Source: an uncultured bacterium
Lineage (GTDB): Bacteria > Patescibacteriota > Dojkabacteria > J137
Reading direction: 5' to 3'
Assembly: GCA_963700155.1 (NCBI GenBank)
Contig: OY969472.1
Coordinates: 1,064,690 to 1,128,689, forward strand
DNA length: 64,000 bases
Positions 9,365 through 17,364 of the stretch are shown one piece after another (position 1 is the stretch's first letter; every line of letters starts with the position of its first letter). Made by a program: the position numbers and the translations under genes. Under the pieces are notes generated by a model. That model had not been told where the DNA came from. It worked only from the letters and a program-made list of their open reading frames with translations, and did not search any database.

Positions 9365-10130
9365 CAAAACATTTTAATCGCCTAATTCCATTATCTTCAA
9401 CATTAATCTTATATCCTTCTAAAGTGTGTTTTACTCCATCTTCATCGGATTCAAGCCATTCTTGATCTTGTAGGGGTTTATTTATATCTAAAATATTAAT
9501 AACACCTTCACGAATACCATTTTCTTTCCCAAAATATGGTGAAGAATGAATATATTTTATTTGAGTAACTGGTGTATTTTCTTTTGAATCATCTCTGGTT
9601 ACTTCTGAAACTAACATTACATGATGAGCGTTATTTTTTTTACCTTTACTTCTAATTAAGTCCCCAGGTCTAACATCATTTAATTCAACAGCTATAGAAT
9701 TATCATCATCAGTAACTATATCAGCTCCCATATTTTCAGCTGGTCTTAAAAAGTATCTTAACTTCCAGATAGGAGATTTTTGAAGAGGAGTTAATTCGCC
9801 CCATAATGGTTTATTTTCTTTTTCTTTATGCCATACATTAAGTAGGTGAACAACAAAACCAGAACAATCAATACCTATGCCTCTATTTATTAAAAACTCT
9901 TTTATTTCATCGGGCGACATATTATCAAAGTCAACTCCCTTAACTTTTTCCCAAATCTTTGCTTCAACCTCAATTTCATCAGGTGTCCCTTTCCCAACCA
10001 TTGCTCTTAAGTCTTTTCTTCTTTTGTCATTAATATAATATGGAGTTACTACCTCTTTATTGCCTAGTTTAAGTTTCTTATAAGAGTTAATCAAGTTTTT
10101 CACAACATCAGGAATTGTTTCAGTTACCAT
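9357..10130 (-). CDS. NlpC/P60-like cysteine peptidase
   Basis: GIDCSGFV, RPGDLI, HHVMLV, YIHSS; start moved to ATG 10130 to avoid overlap with the upstream gene. Confidence 0.7.
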   Translation of the reverse strand: MVTETIPDVVKNLINSYKKLKLGNKEVVTPYYINDKRRKDLRAMVGKGTPDEIEVEAKIWEKVKGVDFDNMSPDEIKEFLINRGIGIDCSGFVVHLLNVWHKEKENKPLWGELTPLQKSPIWKLRYFLRPAENMGADIVTDDDNSIAVELNDVRPGDLIRSKGKKNNAHHVMLVSEVTRDDSKENTPVTQIKYIHSSPYFGKENGIREGVINILDINKPLQDQEWLESDEDGVKHTLEGYKINVEDNGIRRLKCFVN

Positions 10131-10132
10131 AA

Positions 10133-11563
10133 TTATTTTAATAAATTTTCTAAGACTTTCATTGCTTCTATCACCCAAGGAGTGACTTTATTATTATATA
10201 CTATTTGATTTTGAAATTGCATTCTAGCTACTTCTTCATATTTATCCTTGATAGAATTTTGATTTTGAACTAATAGTACAAAACCACCATCTGTAATTTG
10301 ATCTACTGAATAACCATCTTTTTGCCAAACTAGTGGCTTATCTTTTTCCTCATCAATGAATATTACCTTTTCTTTTCTTTCTGGTGAACCAGAACTCCAG
10401 TCGAAAGCACTATTGTCACTTTGAAGCCTATAGATTCCAGAGTCGAGGTGAGTTTTGATTTGGAATTTGTCTTGCTTTGCTCTTAAGAATATTTGTGAAC
10501 CTTCAAGTTGATTAATTCTCTCCTCAGGAGAAAAACTCACCTCGACTCCTAAGAACTCAGCTAAATGTAATAATTCAAGTGGAATTTGATCCTGCTGAAT
10601 CTCAAGTTTTGTCTGCATTGATATATTTGCTGTTTGACGTGCATTAATTTCAATTATAAATATTTCATTATCTTTTATTATTAAGTCTATTCCAAATAAT
10701 CCTTTAAACCCTTTCTCTTTCATAATATTTCCAATCTTTTCAGTTTCATTAAAAATTTTAGATTTTATTTCTTCTGCTAAAGAATTTGCTAAGCTCCAGT
10801 CATTACCTACTGTAGAACCTTTTCCAGCAGTAAGTTCTTCATAGCCTGTAATTTGATATTGAAGGCCACAAATAAATATTCCATTCTTAGTAACACAACC
10901 ATTAATTGTATAAGGTTCGCCTTCAATAAATTCTGATAGTTTTACAATATTCCCAGAATAATTATTTTTAAAATTATTAAATTCATCTTCATTGGTAATA
11001 ATGAAAGTTCCAATACCTGTATGAGCTCTATCTAATTGAATCACAAACTTTTCTCCGTAATCTTTTGATATCGAATTATATTCATCATCAATCACCTCTT
11101 TTACTTCAGTTTTAGGTGTTAATATACCGTTTTCATGCAAAATCTTGGTCTGAGATAACTTATCTTCAAACATTCTATTTAAAGTTGCACTATTATTTAA
11201 AATTGTTCCTCCAAGATTTTGAAGGTTTAAATATGTTGGATTATTAAATTGGAAAAGTTGAGCATAAAACTTCCCATTCGTAACTTTCTTTAACCACTCG
11301 ATAGTTTTTGGATGGTTTATTAAATTTAATGTTGAATTAGTTTTAAGCTCAATACCTTCAGATTGAGCACAAAAAATTCTACTGGGATAAGTTTTTGAAA
11401 TTTCTTGTGTTATATAACTTTCATCTATACAAACTATGTAGTAGTTATCTAAATAATTTTCCAATCCTAGAGCTCTTTCAGCATCTTTTGCAAAATAAAT
11501 GATTCTGTTATCTTTTGTTAATTCATTAATTTTATCTAGTAGTTCTTGAGTTTTATTATTCAT
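10133..11563 (-). CDS. ATP-grasp domain protein
   Basis: FEDKL, AHTGIGTF, EFIEG, GLFGIDL, IIEINARQT. Confidence 0.85.
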   Translation of the reverse strand: MNNKTQELLDKINELTKDNRIIYFAKDAERALGLENYLDNYYIVCIDESYITQEISKTYPSRIFCAQSEGIELKTNSTLNLINHPKTIEWLKKVTNGKFYAQLFQFNNPTYLNLQNLGGTILNNSATLNRMFEDKLSQTKILHENGILTPKTEVKEVIDDEYNSISKDYGEKFVIQLDRAHTGIGTFIITNEDEFNNFKNNYSGNIVKLSEFIEGEPYTINGCVTKNGIFICGLQYQITGYEELTAGKGSTVGNDWSLANSLAEEIKSKIFNETEKIGNIMKEKGFKGLFGIDLIIKDNEIFIIEINARQTANISMQTKLEIQQDQIPLELLHLAEFLGVEVSFSPEERINQLEGSQIFLRAKQDKFQIKTHLDSGIYRLQSDNSAFDWSSGSPERKEKVIFIDEEKDKPLVWQKDGYSVDQITDGGFVLLVQNQNSIKDKYEEVARMQFQNQIVYNNKVTPWVIEAMKVLENLLK

Positions 11564-11565
11564 AA

Positions 11566-11829
11566 TTATTTATCTTTTTGTCTTTTAATCCATTGTTTCT
11601 TCAGTATCTCTAAAGAAAGAGTTGATAAGAAAAATCCAATAGTAGGAATCAAAGCACTTAAATAAAAGTCTTGAATTCCTATTACATATAAAATTAAACA
11701 CATAACAATATATGTTAGTCCAGTTATGAGTCCTTTTCTTAACCAACTTGTTTCCCAAGCTTTATCTAATTCAACTCTTTTATTACGAGCCTTTAAAAGC
11801 ATTATCTCTTTTTCTAAATTTTTGTTCAT
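11566..11829 (-). CDS. Small two-TM membrane protein
   Basis: RNKRVELDKAWETSW followed by two hydrophobic helices. Confidence 0.7.
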   Translation of the reverse strand: MNKNLEKEIMLLKARNKRVELDKAWETSWLRKGLITGLTYIVMCLILYVIGIQDFYLSALIPTIGFFLSTLSLEILKKQWIKRQKDK

Positions 11830-12344
11830 TTTAATTTATATAAATAATATCTACCTATGGTTTTATCTGGTTCTTTATCTGAGAATTTAAAAGTATTTGT
11901 AATTATAATACTGTTTTTAGGCATTTCGCTAAATAATTTATCTTTTAACTTATCAATCTGCTCATTAAATATATAGAGATATGCTACATTATATCTTGAA
12001 AAATCATGTTTAAAAAAGTCCTTATTATGAATTTCAGTATTATTTTTTTTAGTTGTTAGAAGTCTTAATCTACTTAACAGTGATAAATATGGGTTAAATT
12101 CAATTCCCTCTGACTTTTCACAATAATCAGCCATCATTTTTACAATTCTTCCATCCCCTGAACCAATATCAATGAAATTAGTCGGTTTAGGAAGAATAAT
12201 TTCTTTTGAATCAATCAATTCTTTTAGTTTTTTTGCTGAAGAAGGATAAAATGGAGTCTGATTTAACCATGACCAAATTAGATATAATCCTCCAACTGCC
12301 AATAATATTTCAAATCCAAAAAAACCGATTAACATAAAATTCAT
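11826..12344 (-). CDS. Membrane-anchored class I SAM methyltransferase
   Basis: N-terminal TM, PFYPSS, DIGSGDGRIV, GIEFNP. Confidence 0.85.
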   Translation of the reverse strand: MNFMLIGFFGFEILLAVGGLYLIWSWLNQTPFYPSSAKKLKELIDSKEIILPKPTNFIDIGSGDGRIVKMMADYCEKSEGIEFNPYLSLLSRLRLLTTKKNNTEIHNKDFFKHDFSRYNVAYLYIFNEQIDKLKDKLFSEMPKNSIIITNTFKFSDKEPDKTIGRYYLYKLK

Positions 12345-12362
12345 TTATATTTTTTTAATAAA

Positions 12363-13313
12363 TTATCTACCTGATGCGATACAAATAACTTTCTTAGGAT
12401 TATAATTTTCTTTTACTTTAAGAAAACCTGCAATTGAAAGAAGTGAGTTATAAGAAAGATCATTTATATCTTTTGATTTAACAAATTTTTCAGTCTCTAT
12501 TAACTCATCATTAGTAATTTTCAAGATATCTCCATTGCATTCTTTAATAATTTTTAAAACTTGTGGAGATCTTAATCCAGATGAGTCAATAATTGCATCT
12601 GCCAAACTTTCAGATTCGGATGATACAGTAGATTGGTTATTTAAGGAATCATAAAAAGGATGTACTTTTTCAGTTTGGCAGACAAAAAGTTTAGGCATGA
12701 AAAATTCATTACCTAACTTCATAAATAATCCTTGAGATAATCCTACAAATCCAGAACCTGAAGAGGCTGGGCAAAAAATTAAAACATCTTGATTACTTTC
12801 CTGCCTGTTTAAAAATTCGGTTAATTCAATCCCTAAGCTCCAATAACCTTTTAAAGCATCTTCATCAACAGCAGACTTCAAATTTGGAATATTTTTTTCG
12901 ACAGAGATCTGAACTGCTTTCTTTTTAGGATTAAAATCTCGATAAAATGCTTCAGTATTTTTATCTAACAAGCGTATTAATAATTCTTGTTTTTCCTGAT
13001 TTATGTCATTTTTAACAACTACATATAATTTAAAGTTTAAATTTAATTTTTTTATATATGACCAATAACTAATTGCTGCATTTCCTGAAGTAGAGATAAC
13101 TCCTTCATGAACTCCTTCTGATAATAATTTTGTGAGTTTATAAGCTGTTGCACGATCTTTCCACGAACCAGTTGGATTTTGATCTTCTCTTTTTATAATA
13201 ACTTCTATATTTTCAAATTTAAATTTGTTAGTAGGTGTATTACCTTCTTGGAGTGTAATAACATTGCCTTCATCAACTTCTTTTCTTAGTTCTTTAAAGT
13301 CCCAGATACTCAA
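12363..13313 (-). CDS. Fold-type II PLP enzyme, threonine synthase-like
   Basis: LQEGNTP, KREDQNPTGSWKDR (PLP lysine), STSGNAA, PASSGSG. Confidence 0.8.
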   Translation of the reverse strand: MSIWDFKELRKEVDEGNVITLQEGNTPTNKFKFENIEVIIKREDQNPTGSWKDRATAYKLTKLLSEGVHEGVISTSGNAAISYWSYIKKLNLNFKLYVVVKNDINQEKQELLIRLLDKNTEAFYRDFNPKKKAVQISVEKNIPNLKSAVDEDALKGYWSLGIELTEFLNRQESNQDVLIFCPASSGSGFVGLSQGLFMKLGNEFFMPKLFVCQTEKVHPFYDSLNNQSTVSSESESLADAIIDSSGLRSPQVLKIIKECNGDILKITNDELIETEKFVKSKDINDLSYNSLLSIAGFLKVKENYNPKKVICIASGR

Positions 13314-13396
13314 GTTATTTATTTTAAAAAGTAGTAAAATTAACCTATATTATCAATTATGATACAATTTTTAATTAAAATATTATATACCAATAT

Positions 13397-13777
13397 ATGA
13401 ATGATGACGATACAACTAAATTAAATAATGATGATAGTGGAGACGAAAGTGTTATGAATGAAAATAATGAAATGACAGAGAATGTAGATACTCAGGAAGA
13501 ATCAATGGAAGAAACAACATCAACTGATGAAGTACCATCTGACTGGATTAAAGTAACAAATGGAAAGTTTGTCTGTGGTGAATGTGAAAATGAAAGTGAG
13601 CCTGAAACAAACACTGTTGATGGAACAGTAAAAGCAGATACCGAGAAGATAAAATCAGATCTTAAAGCATTCCCTTCAAAAATAATTTATGGATCATGTC
13701 CTGTTTGTGGAATGGAATATACTTTTAAAGAAAAAAATGGTGAATTGTATATGGAACCTAGTGATATGATTAAGTAA
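13397..13777 (+). CDS. Hypothetical protein with acidic N-terminus and a four-Cys zinc ribbon
   Basis: CGEC and CPVCG pairs. Confidence 0.65.
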   Translation: MNDDDTTKLNNDDSGDESVMNENNEMTENVDTQEESMEETTSTDEVPSDWIKVTNGKFVCGECENESEPETNTVDGTVKADTEKIKSDLKAFPSKIIYGSCPVCGMEYTFKEKNGELYMEPSDMIK

Positions 13778-13807
13778 TAAGAGATTTGTAAAATTATTGT
13801 AAAGTAA

Positions 13808-13835
13808 TTGATTAGGAGTCTTTTTAGGTTATAAT
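13808..13835 (+). promoter_or_regulatory. Sigma70-type promoter upstream of the candidate ncRNA
   Basis: TTGATT 13808-13813, 16 nt, TATAAT 13830-13835. Confidence 0.55.
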
Positions 13836-13843
13836 AATATTAA

Positions 13844-13975
13844 GCACGTTGATGGTTTAATTAGAACTCTAACAAATTATAAGCTTTTGGTCGGATAATG
13901 TACTATCCCGTGGGATAGAGCTGCAAAGTCTGCAATCGTGTTTTCACGGAAGCTTCTAAACACCTATCAACGTGC
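13844..13975 (+). ncRNA. Candidate structured ncRNA (6S-like or unknown)
   Basis: Closing stem GCACGTTGAT/ATCAACGTGC, inner AAGCTTTTG/CGGAAGCTT, apical CTATCC-CGTG-GGATAG, raised GC, no ORF. Confidence 0.6.
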
Positions 13976-14002
13976 GGATATTTGAATATTTTTGGGAATA
14001 TA

Positions 14003-14425
14003 TTAGTTAGTGACTTTACTTTCTAGAGCTTTTTTCAAGTTATAAATTTCATTACGTATTAACTGTGGTTGAAATTCACTTTCTACTTCATGAACTAAAG
14101 TGTTTCTCAGTTTATGAGCAATCCAAATTTTGTTATATGTATCCCTGTCAAACGCATTCTTAGCAGATTTTAAACGTTCTCCCATAGTCGATCCAGGAAA
14201 TTTCATTTTTCGAAGATAATAATCAAACAATTTATCATATTCAATTAGTGCTGATTTAAGTTCATGGATATTCGTACTTTGCGGATTTGCATTTATTCTT
14301 GAAATTTTAGATTTTATATCTCTTGAGATACTGCTTTCTTTGGAAGTAGAGGCAAATGAAATATAAATTGCAACGGCAAAAACTATTACTACTATTAAAA
14401 TTACTATTAATGTATTTGTGTCCAT
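14003..14425 (-). CDS. Membrane-anchored protein with HEPN-like RxxxxH motif
   Basis: N-terminal TM; TMGERLK...WIAHKLRNTLVHE. Confidence 0.65.
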   Translation of the reverse strand: MDTNTLIVILIVVIVFAVAIYISFASTSKESSISRDIKSKISRINANPQSTNIHELKSALIEYDKLFDYYLRKMKFPGSTMGERLKSAKNAFDRDTYNKIWIAHKLRNTLVHEVESEFQPQLIRNEIYNLKKALESKVTN

Positions 14426-14470
14426 TATTGTTCTAATAAATATAACATTATAGAAAAAAAGTGAAAGGAA

Positions 14471-14653
14471 GTGTTAATATTATTTATGATTTTTAGTAAT
14501 AAAAGATCAGATAAAAATATTAGACTAAGAAGCGGAGATGCAGGTGGTTGTGGTTGTATATTAATTATTCTTGGATTATTAGGTGTTGTTCTTTTTGGAG
14601 CACCTCCGGGAGCATTAATTATTATAGGTATTCTTATCTTAATATTTGGGTAA
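14471..14653 (+). CDS. Small hydrophobic membrane protein (start uncertain)
   Basis: GGCGC followed by a hydrophobic hairpin; ends 4 nt before the tRNA. Confidence 0.45.
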   Translation: MLILFMIFSNKRSDKNIRLRSGDAGGCGCILIILGLLGVVLFGAPPGALIIIGILILIFG

Positions 14654-14657
14654 TTTT

Positions 14658-14728
14658 GCGAGATTAGTACAGTGGTAGTACATCGGCTTCCCAAGCCGGA
14701 GACGCGAGTTCGAGCCTCGTATCTCGCT
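14658..14728 (+). tRNA. tRNA-Gly(CCC)
   Basis: Acceptor GCGAGAT/ATCTCGC, anticodon arm TCGGC-TTCCCAA-GCCGG, T-loop TTCGAGC, U73, no CCA. Confidence 0.95.
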
Positions 14729-14786
14729 AATTGCATAATAGTTTACATCAAATTATAATCTGATAATTATTATTTAAATTATATTT

Positions 14787-15188
14787 ATGACAAATTTACA
14801 AAATAGTGCTGATAATTTAGAAACAGAAACTCAATATAAAAGTATAGTTATTCCATTGAATGACAGAAATATTGAATTTTCATTAGATCCTGAAATTTTA
14901 CTTGAAGAAGAAAACTTAACTAATCTATTTAAACGACTAATGATTTTATGTATAGATTGGAGTAGTAAAGGCTGGTCGAGGTCAAATATTGATTTAATGT
15001 TAAAGAAATTAGGGTTTCCTGAAAAATATGCAGAAGCCATAGGAGTTGGATTTCGAATGTATATGCACGATTTAACTTGTCAATCTAATGGCGAACCTGA
15101 CTATAATGGGATAATTTATATAAAGAGAAAAATGAGTATAATACTTGAAGATCACAGACCTTTAATAGGAAATGTTCAAGAAAGTTAA
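14787..15188 (+). CDS. Hypothetical protein
   Basis: 133-aa ORF just downstream of the tRNA. Confidence 0.55.
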   Translation: MTNLQNSADNLETETQYKSIVIPLNDRNIEFSLDPEILLEEENLTNLFKRLMILCIDWSSKGWSRSNIDLMLKKLGFPEKYAEAIGVGFRMYMHDLTCQSNGEPDYNGIIYIKRKMSIILEDHRPLIGNVQES

Positions 15189-15247
15189 TTTGCATAAAAT
15201 CTTTCCTCAACATATAATTTAACTAATTACTTCTTAAGAAAATAAAA

Positions 15248-15691
15248 ATGTTTGGAGATGTTAATAATGTAACTTTACTAGGGAACGTAACAAGAGATCC
15301 TGATTTAAGATATACACCCAGTGGTGCTGCAGTTTTAAGCTTTGGATTAGCAACCAATAGAAGATATAAAAAAGGCGAGGAGTGGGTCGACGAGCCTTCA
15401 TTCCACAATATTGTTATATGGAATAATGCTGAATCTTTAGCAAAAAGAATAAAAAAAGGAACTAGAATTTATGTAGAAGGCAGACTTCAAACTAGAAGTT
15501 GGGATGATAAAGATGGGAAGAAACAATATAAAACCGAAGTTGTTGTAAATAGAATAATCCTCGTAGCACGATTTGAAGGTGACAATCAGAGTTATGGAAC
15601 AGTAAGTAGTGATATAAGCAATGAAGCAGTTAAAACATCATCAGACTCGAACGAGGATGATACAATTGATCCTAATGACCTACCTTTCTAA
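15248..15691 (+). CDS. ssb: Single-stranded DNA-binding protein
   Basis: LLGNVTRDPDLRYT, VEGRLQTRSW, acidic DLPF tail. Confidence 0.97.
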   Translation: MFGDVNNVTLLGNVTRDPDLRYTPSGAAVLSFGLATNRRYKKGEEWVDEPSFHNIVIWNNAESLAKRIKKGTRIYVEGRLQTRSWDDKDGKKQYKTEVVVNRIILVARFEGDNQSYGTVSSDISNEAVKTSSDSNEDDTIDPNDLPF

Positions 15692-16204
15692 TTAGAAAGA
15701 ATAAAGGACAATCCCTATAGATGTTCCAACATTAAGACTAGCTCCTTTTCCATACATAGGAATATGAACTGTTAAATCACATTTCTCTAAAGTTGAGTTT
15801 GTTATTCCATATACTTCACTCCCTGCAATAAAACAAACTTTATTTTTGTCTTTCAAAAAATCATTTAATTCATTTATACTTTTAGATTCATCTGTAAGTT
15901 CAATTCCTACTATATAAAAACCTAACTTTTTTAAAGTTTGCAAAACTTCTCCTGTTGTATTTTTATAAAACCACTCTACTGATTCTTCTTTATTTCTAGA
16001 AGCTTTTTTCAATTCTTTACCAAAAGGAGGTTTTTGGCTTATTCCAGTCAAATATAATCTTTTTATTCCAGCAGCATCTGCAGTTCTAAATATAGAAGCA
16101 ACATTTCTAGCATATTGTATATTTTCAAGAATAAGGTATATTTCACTCTCTCGTTTCTCTACCTTCATTAATTTTTTTATTTCTTTTTTTCTTAGTTGTC
16201 TCAT
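15692..16204 (-). CDS. SpoU/TrmH family RNA methyltransferase
   Basis: RNVASIFRTADAAG, GSEVYGI, IPMYGKGASLNV. Confidence 0.92.
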   Translation of the reverse strand: MRQLRKKEIKKLMKVEKRESEIYLILENIQYARNVASIFRTADAAGIKRLYLTGISQKPPFGKELKKASRNKEESVEWFYKNTTGEVLQTLKKLGFYIVGIELTDESKSINELNDFLKDKNKVCFIAGSEVYGITNSTLEKCDLTVHIPMYGKGASLNVGTSIGIVLYSF

Positions 16205-16266
16205 ATATGTAATTATAAACTAAGTGTTGGTATAATTAAACGCAATTTTTATTATTAGATGGACAA

Positions 16267-16920
16267 ATGAGAAATTGGATTAAAATAATTGGAATATTAA
16301 GCTTAATAATAATAATGCTTTTAGCATGTATTACTACTCTGATTGGCGGAGCTTCATTATTATGGTTTAGAACATATCAAGTTTTTACAGAAAGGACTTC
16401 AGTTGCTGAAGTAACTATATCAGAATTAAAACACGATGATATTGGTGATTATGCAGATGTTAAAGTTCAGCAAATTTCAAAAGATTCAGCATTATCAGCA
16501 GTGTTTGGACAAGCAGATTCTAGTAAACAGATTCTTGAAAATGAACAGGACTTTAAAATTTATGGGGATACAATATATGTAGGTGGTCCGATTATTAAAT
16601 TTAAAGATCCATTAATTTTAATTAATTTTAAAACAATGTATAAATTAGGTAAGATTTATGGAAGGTATGACTTGAATAACGAATTGGAAATTAATAAATC
16701 TGAAGCTGCACAGCAACAGTCCAGTTATGATTTAAATGGAGGATATGCTGATTGGAAGTCACTTTTTGACAATATAAATTCACAAAATTTACTAGGGAAA
16801 TTTTATTCTTTATTTGTTGATACATCTCAAATTAGTTCTGCTGGTGTGTTTGTATCTGGACAAGAACAAAACTATACAGTGTATATTACAAATTTGGGAT
16901 TTCTTTGGAGCAAAGAATAA
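16267..16920 (+). CDS. Membrane-anchored hypothetical protein
   Basis: N-terminal TM followed by a soluble domain. Confidence 0.65.
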   Translation: MRNWIKIIGILSLIIIMLLACITTLIGGASLLWFRTYQVFTERTSVAEVTISELKHDDIGDYADVKVQQISKDSALSAVFGQADSSKQILENEQDFKIYGDTIYVGGPIIKFKDPLILINFKTMYKLGKIYGRYDLNNELEINKSEAAQQQSSYDLNGGYADWKSLFDNINSQNLLGKFYSLFVDTSQISSAGVFVSGQEQNYTVYITNLGFLWSKE

Positions 16921-16968
16921 AGATCTCTAAAAGTAACCCTTTATTTGATATAATCCCTATGTGAATTT

Positions 16969-17040
16969 GGTGTTGTGGCCAAGTGGTAAGGCGAGAGTCT
17001 GCAAAACTCTTATTCGTGGGTTCGATTCCCACCAACACCT
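16969..17040 (+). tRNA. tRNA-Cys(GCA)
   Basis: Acceptor GGTGTTG/CAACACC, AGAGT-CTGCAAA-ACTCT, T-loop TTCGATT, U73. Confidence 0.95.
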
Positions 17041-17051
17041 TTTAATTAATG

Positions 17052-17300
17052 TTAATTATTGGCTTCCTTTAACGTTTCTATTAATGATTCTATCAATTTT
17101 AGGAAGGCTTCATTTTCACTCTCTCTATTTTGCTTACTTCTTTCAGTCAATTCCTCTAAAGCAAATGTAGCTGTATCGCTTGTTGGATCTTTTTTTATAA
17201 GTTCAATTAAATCTTCATTGGACAAATTTGATAATCTTTCCCTGTTACCTTTTTCAGTGTGTTCATATATTGTTCCTTTTAGATTGTCTACAAGATTCAT
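17052..17300 (-). CDS. Hypothetical helical protein
   Basis: 82-aa charged ORF with upstream TGnTATATT. Confidence 0.55.
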   Translation of the reverse strand: MNLVDNLKGTIYEHTEKGNRERLSNLSNEDLIELIKKDPTSDTATFALEELTERSKQNRESENEAFLKLIESLIETLKEANN

Positions 17301-17364
17301 AATAATTTTTTAAAAAATGATTGTTGTTAATATACCACATTGCTATTGGTATATCTAAGATTTA

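Noticed and set aside
13844-13975. SRP RNA
   Set aside because: No helix-8 CAGG...GNRA...AGCA motif on either strand
14425-14736. 103-aa minus-strand ORF
   Set aside because: Antisense to tRNA-Gly(CCC) and the small membrane gene
16961-17313. ORFs 16961-17170(+) and 17059-17313(+)
   Set aside because: One reads through tRNA-Cys and the other is antisense to 17052-17300
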